Origin: Candidatus Latescibacterota bacterium
Lineage (GTDB): Bacteria; Latescibacterota; UBA2968
Reading direction: 5' to 3'
Assembly: GCA_022821275.1 (NCBI GenBank)
Contig: JAJEDY010000033.1
Location: forward strand, 82,780-146,779
Length of the DNA stretch: 64,000 nucleotides
Shown here: positions 30,895 to 40,913 of the stretch, in pieces
Layout: every line of letters starts with the position of its first letter
Numbering within the stretch: the first letter of the stretch is position 1
The notes under the pieces: model-generated
What the model was told of the DNA's origin: nothing
The model's input: only the letters and a program-made list of their open reading frames with translations
Database searches by the model: none
Program-made: the position numbers and the translations under genes

Positions 30895-31713
30895 TTATGT
30901 GCCGTAGAGTGTATCGGCTGTTTTGCCCAAAATCCATGCTCTGTCTTCATCTGACAAAAAATCCATCGCTTCAATTACGCGAAAACCAACTGCTTCTCCG
31001 CGTTGTGGATTCTCCGGAAATCCCGTACATCCCAGCATCCGTTCAGGCCCAAAAGCCTCGTACACGGCTCTGACATAGGGATACACATCCTCGTGTGGCC
31101 AGGGTTGCTCGGATATCCCATCAATCCGGGTCGCTTTAACAACGAGATTGGGATATTTTGCCGCTGCCAGCAAGATCCCGAAACTGCCGTTCAGCCCCTC
31201 GGACAGTATCGGCTCGCCCAGGTGATCTACTATCACATTTACCTCGGGAAATTGTTGCAACATCGGCTCCAGCAGTGGAATCTGATGGCAGCGTCCAAAC
31301 CATGTAAACGGCACGCCCAGTCTTTGTGCCGTCTCCCAAAGTGCATGCTGCCCAGGGTCTGACAACCACGACGCATCCCGATCTTTAATCGGATACAATC
31401 GCATTCCCTGCACCCCGTGATTCCGGTGCAGACGCGCCAGCGTTTCGGATGCGTCGGGTTTCTGGGGATCGATCAGCGCTACCCCGTGCAGGCGATCTGG
31501 AAATCGCCTCAAGCAATCGCACATATATCGATTGTCATACCCGTGATACATGCACTGGATCAGTACGGTGCGGTCTATTTCATTGAGATCCATGTACCTG
31601 ATGAGATTTTCCACCAGCCCCGGATAATCGGGCCGTTGCGCGGTCATGTCATCGTTATGGGTAAACGGCGGTGTCCCCATTGTCCATACGTGTACGTGAG
31701 AATCGATGCGCAT
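30895..31713 (-). CDS. Amidohydrolase-2 family metal-dependent hydrolase (TIM barrel)
   Basis: Start trimmed to MRIDSHVHVW, the HxH metal motif (ATG at 31713). Confidence 0.7.
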   Translation of the reverse strand: MRIDSHVHVWTMGTPPFTHNDDMTAQRPDYPGLVENLIRYMDLNEIDRTVLIQCMYHGYDNRYMCDCLRRFPDRLHGVALIDPQKPDASETLARLHRNHGVQGMRLYPIKDRDASWLSDPGQHALWETAQRLGVPFTWFGRCHQIPLLEPMLQQFPEVNVIVDHLGEPILSEGLNGSFGILLAAAKYPNLVVKATRIDGISEQPWPHEDVYPYVRAVYEAFGPERMLGCTGFPENPQRGEAVGFRVIEAMDFLSDEDRAWILGKTADTLYGT

Positions 31714-31726
31714 GGTCTCCTCCCAT

Positions 31727-32641
31727 TTAATAGGCATCCCCATCCGCCAGGACAAGCTCACACAGGGCATCGAGCGTAATCCCCACGGGGAGCATCTCCA
31801 TTTGCTCGCAGAAATCACCAATTGATCTGAGTATCAACTCCAGGTTCTGCCTTGCGGGATGCCCGGGGTCGGAATAATCCTGATCATTATGGCTGTCCGT
31901 CACAAGGGTGCCAAACCGGGGATCTTCGGTCCGGAAACGATTTAGCACATCCCGAATAACTGCTCTGTGGTCGTACGTGTGCGGGACATAGGACCACTCA
32001 TAACCCTGCTCGCCCGCATGGCCCTGCGCAACCGGCCTGCCAAATGCTGCGGATACCGGTACATTGATAAAGTCGCTATTTCCTCGTATCAAACGAAATT
32101 CCAGATGCGCCCGGTGAGGATAGGGCTCTGCACCGGCCCAAACACTGCAGTGCGCGGGCAAAACCCGCCCTGGATTTGAAAGACTGCCGCCCACAAATCC
32201 CAGTTCGCGCAGCACGCCGAATGTGCAATCATTGGCGGAAAAATAACCCGCTCTGAAATAACGGGGCGCCTTGCCCAGCGCAGACGCCCATATCTCCATT
32301 GCCTCTTGAATAATCTCGCGCTGTGTACGCGCAGAATACGCGCCCAGATCGTATTTGTATCTTCCCTCTCTGAGCTTGTATGGATGCAAATGTAGCCCCA
32401 AACACGCGCCCTGATCTTGCAGTGTCTGAAGCAGATCTGCATTTTCAAGCGCTACTTCCGGGTGTGCAAAAAGCGTGACTGGAAACCCGTACGCCTTTGC
32501 CGTCTCAACGAAAAAATAGATCGACCGTTCACTCTCCCGGTAATCCGCAGGGCCACTGCCCGACATTCGCCTCGCATGTGGGGTCACGTCGGATCTGGCC
32601 GTCTCGCAGTCCATTGTCAGCAACACATAAACTTTTTTCAA
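31727..32641 (-). CDS. Putative polysaccharide deacetylase (CE4-like)
   Basis: LTMDCE N-terminal motif resembling NodB TFDDG, and His-rich segments. Confidence 0.4.
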   Translation of the reverse strand: MKKVYVLLTMDCETARSDVTPHARRMSGSGPADYRESERSIYFFVETAKAYGFPVTLFAHPEVALENADLLQTLQDQGACLGLHLHPYKLREGRYKYDLGAYSARTQREIIQEAMEIWASALGKAPRYFRAGYFSANDCTFGVLRELGFVGGSLSNPGRVLPAHCSVWAGAEPYPHRAHLEFRLIRGNSDFINVPVSAAFGRPVAQGHAGEQGYEWSYVPHTYDHRAVIRDVLNRFRTEDPRFGTLVTDSHNDQDYSDPGHPARQNLELILRSIGDFCEQMEMLPVGITLDALCELVLADGDAY

Positions 32642-32669
32642 ACTACGCCCCTGTAGGATAGTCTGGTTC

Positions 32670-33497
32670 TCACAGGTTTAAAATTCTCACTGCATTGTTG
32701 TGCAAGATATCCTCCAGTGCATCGGGGGCGAGCATGCGCTTGAGGAATGGGAGACTCAATTGCGCGAAACACGCGCCGCGGGAGAGGCCCGCACCCTTGC
32801 CATCTCTGCACGGGCAGTCCGTGGCAAACATCAACTTTTTGCCATGCCGTGCCAGGAATCCCGCGGTGAAGTCCTCGTCTCGCGTCAGTCCGCCCAGACC
32901 CGAACCCGCGGATAAGTCGGCAAACATATTGGGGTAGTCTGCCAATAGCCGATCTATTAAGCCGCCGGGTTTGACGGTGCCTTTGGGATATAAGGTCTCT
33001 TCGGGGGCGGGTACGTCGGCGCTGATATGCGCCCACCACGATTGGGCATGGCCGATGAATTTAATATTGGTGAATTTTTTTAGTAGTATTTCGAGGTGTT
33101 CAATCCCTTGATTATATCCCCGCGCGCCTTCTTGAAAATGCCAGGTTACGGGCCAGTTCAATTCATTGCAGACTGCCAGTACTTTTTCCAATCGCGGATC
33201 GTCCAATCGCAGGTGCTGTTTTTGTTCGCCATAGCCCTTAAAGATGTCGCTGGCGGCGCGTTTTTCCAGTTCGGGTACGGCGTCTTTTCGCGTGACATCT
33301 ACATGGCAGAAGGGTATGATGATGTCCGGGTAATCCCGATGCGCCTTTACTATGTCTTCGGTCATCCAGCCAAACTCGTCGTCGCCATCTTCAATGGGTA
33401 GCATGACGGCTTTTTCTGCGCCAATGGCTTCGATATGTGTGATGGTTTCTTCAACCGATCTGCCGTTGTGTGTGAGATGTAAATGCGCGTCGATCAT
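32670..33497 (-). CDS. Amidohydrolase family protein
   Basis: Start trimmed to MIDAHLHL. The ATG at 33497 forms an ATGA overlap with the upstream gene, and the long Arg-rich extension of the ORF is spurious. Confidence 0.65.
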   Translation of the reverse strand: MIDAHLHLTHNGRSVEETITHIEAIGAEKAVMLPIEDGDDEFGWMTEDIVKAHRDYPDIIIPFCHVDVTRKDAVPELEKRAASDIFKGYGEQKQHLRLDDPRLEKVLAVCNELNWPVTWHFQEGARGYNQGIEHLEILLKKFTNIKFIGHAQSWWAHISADVPAPEETLYPKGTVKPGGLIDRLLADYPNMFADLSAGSGLGGLTRDEDFTAGFLARHGKKLMFATDCPCRDGKGAGLSRGACFAQLSLPFLKRMLAPDALEDILHNNAVRILNL

Positions 33498-34582
33498 GTC
33501 AATACCTCCAGCAATTTTTCTGCGACTGCGGTTTCTTCTCCTATTTGCATGGTCATCGGGTCGATTAAAATACCTCTGGCACTTCGCCGTACGACAATTG
33601 ATGGTTCGCCCTCTTTCAATGCGTGGATTACGGCATCGCGCTGTTCTTCCGGCAGGTCTATGTATGCGCGGGGTGCGATCTCGGGCGCGGCATCCTGCCC
33701 TTCGGTCATTACATAGGCGTTTGTTATGTTTTTGACTGCATCTACGACAACGCGAACTTGCCCGTGCCATCGCTGGCAGTCTTCATCATCGCTTCGGCTC
33801 AAAAACAGATCTACAGCGGCGATCAATCCCAGGATTTCTTCTTTGCCGACTTTCATGCCGCGTCCAATTGCCGAATGCGGACTCGCATTGATCCGCACGG
33901 CTTCTACGCAATCCGCTTTTCCCACGACCAGACCGCTGTTTTGAGGCCCGCACAATCCCTTGCCGCCGCTGAATGTCACCAGGCTCGCACCCATTTCGAC
34001 GAGTTCGGTTAAGTTTGACCGGGGAGGTAACTGTGCAGCCGCATCTACCATGACGGGTACGCCTTTTTTGTCGGCGCGGGCGATGACTTCTGCGAGTTGT
34101 TCTTTGCTCTGTTTGCCCAAAAAATGCACGACAGCCGCTGTTTTTTCGCCGATTCCGCCTATGAGGTCTTCACTGGTTACCGCTTGTTTGCTGCCCACTC
34201 GCACGAGTTTGCCTCCGCAGACTTCTATGCCCTGATGGATGTACGTATGGCTATCGACCAGGCTGATTACAAATTCGTTTTGCCATCCCTGTGTATGTGG
34301 CAACTGACGCGCTTTAGCTATTTCAGGTCCGGTCAAACACGCCGCAGCGGATAATTGTACACCGCTGGCTGCGCCACATGAGATAAAGGCCGCAGGTACG
34401 CCAATGCGGTCTGCCAGATATTCACCTGCTTTTACGAGCAGGTCGTTCAAATCGACAAATGATCCTCCCGCCGCGCACATCGCCTCCAGGACTTCATCTG
34501 GCATTAAGCTGCCGCCGAGTGTGGTAATGGTGCCACTCGCGTTGATAAATGGTTTTACGCCGAGTGTGTCGTAGGTGATCAT
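33494..34582 (-). CDS. SelA-like PLP-dependent enzyme (DgaE / D-glucosaminate-6-phosphate ammonia-lyase-like)
   Basis: FSGGKGLCGPQ contains the PLP-lysine motif of the SelA family. 362 aa. Confidence 0.65.
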   Translation of the reverse strand: MITYDTLGVKPFINASGTITTLGGSLMPDEVLEAMCAAGGSFVDLNDLLVKAGEYLADRIGVPAAFISCGAASGVQLSAAACLTGPEIAKARQLPHTQGWQNEFVISLVDSHTYIHQGIEVCGGKLVRVGSKQAVTSEDLIGGIGEKTAAVVHFLGKQSKEQLAEVIARADKKGVPVMVDAAAQLPPRSNLTELVEMGASLVTFSGGKGLCGPQNSGLVVGKADCVEAVRINASPHSAIGRGMKVGKEEILGLIAAVDLFLSRSDDEDCQRWHGQVRVVVDAVKNITNAYVMTEGQDAAPEIAPRAYIDLPEEQRDAVIHALKEGEPSIVVRRSARGILIDPMTMQIGEETAVAEKLLEVLT

Positions 34583-34594
34583 TGTAAGGTCCTT

Positions 34595-35374
34595 TCAATA
34601 AGGAAACGTCTCTGAGTCCTCTGCCTGTGACAGTTCAGCAAAGAATCGCCCGGTTCCTTCCACGGCTGAGTTTAAGACTGTTTCACCTTTTTGCGCTGAG
34701 GCTTTACGCGCATCGCCGCCAGCGGATGTGGGCAAATACAAATGCCAGGGGCGCACAAAGTCGATGTGAAATTCTCGTAGTGTTTTCAATTTGGGATATT
34801 GGGGAGGATTGTTGGTTATCAGATCTTCGCGCACGAGTTCGGGGCGCAAGAACAGGATTTGGGAGGTTTCTTCTTCGCCTGCGTGATCGCTGCGGTTTTC
34901 CCATGTAGCTTTTGCGTCTTCCGATGCACAGGATCCCGTGCTGATCAGGCATGTGAAGAGTCCATCTTGTGCTGCCAAATCGCGCTGTACTGCGCGGATG
35001 GTGTCGGGATTGCCGCCGTGACCATTGATGAAGACAATGCGGTGTACATTTTCCGCACGGCACATTGTGACGAGGTCTTTTAACAGGTTCATAAATGTGG
35101 GGACTTGCATGCGGCACGCGAATGGAAAGGCGCGAAAGTTGTTGTTTAAGCTCATTCGCTGCGTGGGCAAACACAGGACGCGCCCGCCCAGTTCATTGGC
35201 TTTGCGCGTGCCCCCGTAAGCCACGTATTCGACCTGAAAGCTGTCCGTCCCATAGGGCAATGCAGGTCCGTGTGGTTCGGTGGAGCCTATGGGGATGACC
35301 GCTACATTGGGTGCGAGTGATCGCACGTCGTCTATGGTCATTTCTTCCAGGATGCCCGAGAGTTTCTGGCGCAT
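34595..35374 (-). CDS. Creatininase family amidohydrolase
   Basis: IPIGSTEPHGPALPYGTD and FINGHGGN are the creatininase signatures. Confidence 0.8.
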   Translation of the reverse strand: MRQKLSGILEEMTIDDVRSLAPNVAVIPIGSTEPHGPALPYGTDSFQVEYVAYGGTRKANELGGRVLCLPTQRMSLNNNFRAFPFACRMQVPTFMNLLKDLVTMCRAENVHRIVFINGHGGNPDTIRAVQRDLAAQDGLFTCLISTGSCASEDAKATWENRSDHAGEEETSQILFLRPELVREDLITNNPPQYPKLKTLREFHIDFVRPWHLYLPTSAGGDARKASAQKGETVLNSAVEGTGRFFAELSQAEDSETFPY

Positions 35375-35395
35375 AATAAGCCTCGTCTATGTGTA

Positions 35396-37483
35396 ATGCT
35401 GTGCGAATGGTGGGACGCTCATGATAAGTTGCCATTTCTTCCATGTCAAGGGATCGGCGGGGGAAGGGACAGGGTAATATTACGCAGCTTGACCGATGCT
35501 GTTCTCGGTGTTATTATGGACGCCTATTTTTTATTCTCCATATTTCGGTGTCCTATGACCATTCGCGCGATTATTATTGGCCTTTGCCTATCTGTTTGGG
35601 TGAATTTTTGGCCTGCGTATAGCAGCCTGATTCTGCGTTCTTCTCGCGCGGATTTTGCACACCTGTCTGTGGCTTTTCTTATTCCCTTTTTGGCCTTGCT
35701 CGCTTTTAATCACGTTTTTTCGCGCAGATTCAGGGGCCTCTCATCCTTTGAGCTCATCGCGATATGTAGCATTGGCATGGTGGCTGCCAATATGCAAGGC
35801 GAGTGGCTTTCGGGTTATTTTCTCGGCGTTGTTACTGCGCCCATTTATTTTGCGTCAACGCAAAATATGTGGGCCGAAAGGCTGTGGCCGCATTTTACCG
35901 AGTGGAATGTGCTGACAGACCGCGCTGCGGCTACGGGGTTTTACGAAGGGCTGCCGCCCGGTGCTCCTTTTCCCTGGGATGCGTGGATCGCGCTTTTTCC
36001 CGGCTGGATCCTTTTTTTGGGTGCTGTATTTCTCGCCAATTTCTGTGTGGTTATTCTCCTTCGCAAACAGTGGATGGAATACGAGCGGCTCTCTTTTCCC
36101 ATTGCTACGGCACTTCTCGAACTGACGGGTACGGGTGATTCAAAAGATGCGTTTGCCAATCTCGTTCGCTCGCGCTTTTTTCAGATTGGATTTGCACTCA
36201 TTTTTGGCGTTTTTTGCTGGAATGTCGCCTCATGGTTTGTCGCGGCATTGCCCCGTCTAGATGTTATGAGGCAGATCAATATCCCCATTGGTCGCGGTTT
36301 TCCACCGCTGTGGTTTCTCTTTCAGCCGATGACGATTGCATTTGCCTATTTCACGAAATCAGATGTGTTGTATAGCATCTGGTTTTTTCACCTGCTCGCG
36401 ATTCTTCAGGTTGGTATTTTCAATCGCTTTGGTTTGGATTTTGGCGGTTCCGATATGTGGTGTTCTATGGCCCCGGCTATTGGGTGGCAGAGTTTTGGTG
36501 GGTTTATTGTTCTCGTTCTGTGGGGGCTGTGGATGGCGCGCGCCCATTTGCGCAATGTCTGGCGCAAGGTGTGGTCTCGCAATGCACCGATAGATGATGA
36601 GGGGGAACTTTTATCCTACCGCACGGCATTTATTATTTTGATCTTGTGCAGTATTTACACGGTTTTCTTTCTCGTGCAATCGGGTATGAATGTCCTTACC
36701 TTACTCACCTTTTGGGGGGCTACGCTGATTCTCTATCTCGGTCTTGCACATATTATCGCCGAGAGCGGTTTGGTTTTTTTACGCGGTCCTATTACTGCTC
36801 AGGCATTTACCTGGCATGTCCTTGGTGTTGCGGGTATGGGGGTGCCGAGCGCTGTTGCACTGGGGCTGACGTACACATTTTTTTGCGATGCCAAAACTTT
36901 TGCGATTACAACGCTGGCGCATGTCCCGCGTCTGGCCGCGGTTGTGCCCGCCGAACGCCGACGCGCTTTTGTTCCCGCGATTGCCACAGGTGCCTTGATC
37001 GGCGCAACCACTGTTATTGCCTTTACTCTCTATCAGGGCTATTACGGTATTGGCAGCTATAATTTTGGGGTGGTTAGTTTTAATGGGTCCGGCGACGGTG
37101 CCGTGGGTTCGTGGACTTATACCGCCAACCGCATACACGCCGGGACGATGAGTACGGATTGGAATCGCGTGCGGTTTTTGGGTATTGGCGCCGTTTTTAC
37201 AGGTATTTTGCTCTATATTCGCTATCGCTTTCCCCACTTTCCACTTCATCCGATTGGGTTTACAATTTCATCGTCGGGCGTCTTGCGCAGTAGCCTTTTT
37301 TCTATTTTCTTTAGCTGGGCGATTAAAACGCTCGTTCTCAAATTTGGCGGTCTTGAACTCTATCGCAAAATCGCGCCTTTGTTTCTGGGTATGCTTGCCG
37401 GTCAAATAGCCGGTATTGCATTGGGCGTTGTTGTGGATGCGCTTTTTTTCCCGGGCAATGGCCACAAACTCAACAGGTGGTAA
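35396..37483 (+). CDS. Large polytopic membrane protein, unrecognised family (paralog A of 43622..45568)
   Basis: At least 14 hydrophobic segments. ILLRKQWMEYERLSFP and the C-terminal FFPGNGHKLNRW are shared with the paralog. The true start may be an internal Met. Confidence 0.6.
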   Translation: MLCEWWDAHDKLPFLPCQGIGGGRDRVILRSLTDAVLGVIMDAYFLFSIFRCPMTIRAIIIGLCLSVWVNFWPAYSSLILRSSRADFAHLSVAFLIPFLALLAFNHVFSRRFRGLSSFELIAICSIGMVAANMQGEWLSGYFLGVVTAPIYFASTQNMWAERLWPHFTEWNVLTDRAAATGFYEGLPPGAPFPWDAWIALFPGWILFLGAVFLANFCVVILLRKQWMEYERLSFPIATALLELTGTGDSKDAFANLVRSRFFQIGFALIFGVFCWNVASWFVAALPRLDVMRQINIPIGRGFPPLWFLFQPMTIAFAYFTKSDVLYSIWFFHLLAILQVGIFNRFGLDFGGSDMWCSMAPAIGWQSFGGFIVLVLWGLWMARAHLRNVWRKVWSRNAPIDDEGELLSYRTAFIILILCSIYTVFFLVQSGMNVLTLLTFWGATLILYLGLAHIIAESGLVFLRGPITAQAFTWHVLGVAGMGVPSAVALGLTYTFFCDAKTFAITTLAHVPRLAAVVPAERRRAFVPAIATGALIGATTVIAFTLYQGYYGIGSYNFGVVSFNGSGDGAVGSWTYTANRIHAGTMSTDWNRVRFLGIGAVFTGILLYIRYRFPHFPLHPIGFTISSSGVLRSSLFSIFFSWAIKTLVLKFGGLELYRKIAPLFLGMLAGQIAGIALGVVVDALFFPGNGHKLNRW

Positions 37484-37486
37484 AAA

Positions 37487-39031
37487 GTGACTTTTGACCT
37501 GATTATTTGCAATGCAACAGTGATTGACGGCACGGGCCGAACGCCTGGTTTTCAGGCGGATGTTGGCATTTGTGGGGATCGCATTGAGGCCATTGGCGAT
37601 TTGTCTCAGGCAGAGGCCGATACGATTATTGACGCGACGGGGCATATCGTCTGTCCCGGTTTTATCGATGTGCACGTTCATTCGGAAATTGCCCTGCTCA
37701 CAGGTGTTCATCGCTATGCGGAAGTGCAGCAGGGGATTACGACGCAACTTCTGACGCCCGATGGGTTTGGGTGGACGGGGCTGTCGCCCGAGCGCACGCG
37801 CGAATTGTGGACATATACGCGCTTTTCCGTTGGCGAGGTCGATATACCTATTGGCTGGCAAACGCCTGAGGATTATCTGAGTCTTTTTCCCAATAACAGC
37901 CCGGCAAATGTGTATCCGCAAGTTCCTCATTGCGCGGTTCGCCTGTCTGCATGCGGGTGGGATGCGCGCCCCGCAACGGATGATGAGATTGTACAGATGG
38001 CGGATCTTACGCGACAATGGATGGAGGCGGGGGCTGGCGCGCTCAATCTGGGGCTCGATTATCAGCCGAGTGCCAATGCGGATTTTAGGGAGCTTGTCGC
38101 GCTTTGCAAAGTCGCGGCGGAATACGGGGGTATTTACGCGGCTCATGTGCGCTATCACACGATTGGGCGCGTTGCTGCATGGGAAGAGACTATTGCGCTT
38201 TCCCGCGCTGCAAATATCCCGGTTCACATCTCGCACGAGCGGGTCAACGATGAGAATGCCGATTTGCTGGAGAGAATCGAGCGCGAGGATATTGATCTGA
38301 CATTTGAGTCTTATCTCTATCCGGCCGGGATGACCCATTTGTACATGATGTTGCCCATGAAATTTCAGGTCGGCAGTCCGGATGAGGTCAATGCGCGTCT
38401 TGAAGACCCAGAGATTCGCGCTGAGTCCGTCGCCGAACTCAAGACATGGCTCGGGCGCGGCGATCAAATCGTGGGTTACACTGGCTCGGGCAAGTACACG
38501 GGAGAACGTCTGTGCGATCTCGCGGCTCAGGCAAATATGTCTATCGAAGATTTTGCCTACGATCTGATTTTTCAGGAGCGGGAAGATCATGCCGTTATTT
38601 TTCCATGGCAGGTTGATCCCAAAGTAGCCGCGCAGACCGTGACGCGCACAACCACTCATCCGCGTATGATGATTGCCAGTGATGGTATTTTTAATATTCC
38701 GCATCCGCATCCGCGGGGTTTTGGGTGTTTTGCGCGCGTGCTGGGTCATTTTGTGCGCGAGCGCGAGTTGCTGACGTTTGAGGAAGCGATCTACAAGATG
38801 AGCGGTTTTCCCGCACAGCGTTTCAATATTCCCGACCGGGGCGAACTCGCTGTGGGCAAGGCCGCTGATCTCGTTATTTTTAATCCCGATACGGTGGCTG
38901 CGAGATCTACTTTTGAAAATTCCACGTTGCCGCCAGTCGGTATTTCGCATGTTTTTGTCAACGGACAGTTCGTCATTGCTAATGGAGAACCCACAGGTGC
39001 GTTGCCCGGTCAGGTGCTGCGCCGCGTTTAA
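37487..39031 (+). CDS. N-acyl-D-amino-acid deacylase (D-aminoacylase) family amidohydrolase
   Basis: ICNATVIDGTG ... CPGFIDVHVHSE gives the HxH metal ligands. 514 aa. Confidence 0.8.
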   Translation: MTFDLIICNATVIDGTGRTPGFQADVGICGDRIEAIGDLSQAEADTIIDATGHIVCPGFIDVHVHSEIALLTGVHRYAEVQQGITTQLLTPDGFGWTGLSPERTRELWTYTRFSVGEVDIPIGWQTPEDYLSLFPNNSPANVYPQVPHCAVRLSACGWDARPATDDEIVQMADLTRQWMEAGAGALNLGLDYQPSANADFRELVALCKVAAEYGGIYAAHVRYHTIGRVAAWEETIALSRAANIPVHISHERVNDENADLLERIEREDIDLTFESYLYPAGMTHLYMMLPMKFQVGSPDEVNARLEDPEIRAESVAELKTWLGRGDQIVGYTGSGKYTGERLCDLAAQANMSIEDFAYDLIFQEREDHAVIFPWQVDPKVAAQTVTRTTTHPRMMIASDGIFNIPHPHPRGFGCFARVLGHFVRERELLTFEEAIYKMSGFPAQRFNIPDRGELAVGKAADLVIFNPDTVAARSTFENSTLPPVGISHVFVNGQFVIANGEPTGALPGQVLRRV

Positions 39032-39033
39032 TT

Positions 39034-39780
39034 ATGCCTATTCAAGTGAAAATTTGCGATACGCCCGACGATGTGGCCCGCGCTGCCGCATCGGAAATTG
39101 CCGCGCTTATTCGCCAGAAGCCAGATGCTGTGCTGGGTTTGGCGACGGGATCAACGCCTGTGAAGACGTATGCCGAACTCGTGCGGATGAATCAGGGGGG
39201 GCTGAGTTTTTCGCGGCTGACGACCTTTAATCTCGATGATTACTGGGGGCTTGATGGCACGCATCCACAGAGTTATCGTTATTTTATGAATCACGCGTTT
39301 TTTGACGGTACCGATATCCGACTCTGGAATACGCATGTACCCAATGGCACGGCAGTGGATGCCGATCTCGAGTGCGGGGCTTTTGAAACCAGGATACGGG
39401 CGTGTGGTGGTGTGGATTTGTGGTTGCTCGGCATTGGTCGCAATGGACATATTGCTTTTAATGAGCCTGGCAGTGCGCCCGATTCTCGCACCCGTCTGGT
39501 CGATTTGACCGAGAGTACGATTGCGGCGAATAGTCGCTTTTTTAAGCATGTTGAAGATGTGCCCAAACAGGCGCTTACTGCGGGGATTGCGACGATCTGT
39601 GAGGCGAAGCGCATTATCCTTTTGGCGACGGGTAAGGATAAGGCGAGAGTGGTTGCCCGCGCTGTACAGGGTGTTCCACATCCGGTCTGCCCGGCGAGTT
39701 TTTTACAGACACATTCGGATTGTACGTTTATTTTAGATAGAGAGGCGGCATCGGAAGTTAGCCTTGCTCTTAACTCGTAA
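39034..39780 (+). CDS. nagB: Glucosamine-6-phosphate deaminase
   Basis: GLATGSTP and FNLDDYWGL are the NagB signatures. Confidence 0.85.
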   Translation: MPIQVKICDTPDDVARAAASEIAALIRQKPDAVLGLATGSTPVKTYAELVRMNQGGLSFSRLTTFNLDDYWGLDGTHPQSYRYFMNHAFFDGTDIRLWNTHVPNGTAVDADLECGAFETRIRACGGVDLWLLGIGRNGHIAFNEPGSAPDSRTRLVDLTESTIAANSRFFKHVEDVPKQALTAGIATICEAKRIILLATGKDKARVVARAVQGVPHPVCPASFLQTHSDCTFILDREAASEVSLALNS

Positions 39781-39806
39781 TTTTTAATTAAACAGAAAGG
39801 TTTATT

Positions 39807-40901
39807 ATGAAAAAAACCCTTGCCGTGCTCGAAGGCGATGGCATTGGTCCCGAGATTGTACGCGAAGGGATTAAAGCGCTTCGCACGATTGAAAAAAAGT
39901 TCGATCACGAATTTGTGCTCGAATACGCGCCTTTTGGTGCGGCGTCGTATTTTGACGAGGGCAGTCCGTTTCCCGATGAGACAAAAGCCCTGTGTGATCG
40001 GGCAGACGCGATTATCAAGGGTCCGGTGGGGCTTTCTATTGAAGAGACGAAGAAAATTCCACAGGAGTCGCGTCCGGAACTCGGGGCTATTCTGCCTTTG
40101 CGAAAGCGTTTTAATACGTATGCCAATTATCGCCCGGTCAGGCTGCCCAAATCTCTCGCGTCATTTTCCCCCTTGCGCGATAGCGTCGTTGGAGAGGGTA
40201 TTGATATTCTCATGATTCGGGAACTTGTGGGTGGTATTTATTTTGGGGAGAAAGAAGAAGGTACTGCCACGGGTATGAAATACGCGCGTGACGATTGTAT
40301 TTATACCGAAGAACAGGTGCGAGCAATTGGGAAAATTGCGTTTGATGAAGCCCGACGTCTCGGTGTTAAGATGACCCATGTCCACAAATCCAATGTGCTG
40401 GCGACGTCTCGGCTTTGGGATGCGCTTATCGAAGATATGGCAAAAGAATACGACGATGTCGAATACGTGTCGATTATCGTCGATAATGCGGCTTTTCAAC
40501 TCGTTAGAGATCCCAGGCAATTCAATGGGGTTATGCTTCTGGAAAATATGCAAGGCGATATTCTGACCGATCAGGCGGGCGGTTTGCTCGGTTCTCTCGG
40601 TTTGATGCCTTCGGCGTGTATGGGGCCAGAAAAGGGCTATGTGGAACCGGCGCACGGCTCGGCACCCGATATCGCGGGGCAAAATATCGCCAATCCCTAT
40701 TCTATGATTGGCAGTATTGCATTTTTGCTGGATAAATGTCTGGGTCTCAAAGAGGAGTCAGACGCTTTGTGGAATGCTATGTTTGATATTCTCGAAAGAG
40801 GATATGCCACTTCTGAACTCGCCTCAGAAATAACCGATCCCAAGAATGTTCTTTCGACCAGCGATTTTGGCGATATGGTCGTCGATATTTTGAGTCACTA
40901 A
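39807..40901 (+). CDS. Isocitrate/isopropylmalate dehydrogenase family oxidoreductase (LeuB/tartrate DH-like)
   Basis: LEGDGIGPEI N-terminal NAD(P) motif. 364 aa. Confidence 0.75.
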   Translation: MKKTLAVLEGDGIGPEIVREGIKALRTIEKKFDHEFVLEYAPFGAASYFDEGSPFPDETKALCDRADAIIKGPVGLSIEETKKIPQESRPELGAILPLRKRFNTYANYRPVRLPKSLASFSPLRDSVVGEGIDILMIRELVGGIYFGEKEEGTATGMKYARDDCIYTEEQVRAIGKIAFDEARRLGVKMTHVHKSNVLATSRLWDALIEDMAKEYDDVEYVSIIVDNAAFQLVRDPRQFNGVMLLENMQGDILTDQAGGLLGSLGLMPSACMGPEKGYVEPAHGSAPDIAGQNIANPYSMIGSIAFLLDKCLGLKEESDALWNAMFDILERGYATSELASEITDPKNVLSTSDFGDMVVDILSH

Positions 40902-40913
40902 AGGAGATTTTTT

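Noticed and set aside
32670-33770. Long N-terminal extensions of several minus-strand ORFs (for example the 91-aa Arg-rich extension of the amidohydrolase, the 59-aa extension of yejB and the 100-aa extension of yejF)
   Set aside because: The extensions run into upstream genes, are compositionally aberrant and lack homology. Internal starts with ATGA/GTGA coupling fit the operon structure, so the features were trimmed.
37268-38950. 560-aa minus-strand ORF antisense to the D-aminoacylase gene
   Set aside because: The translation is extremely Arg-rich and low in complexity, with no motifs. It fully overlaps a well-supported gene on the opposite strand. This is a typical GC-skewed antisense artefact.
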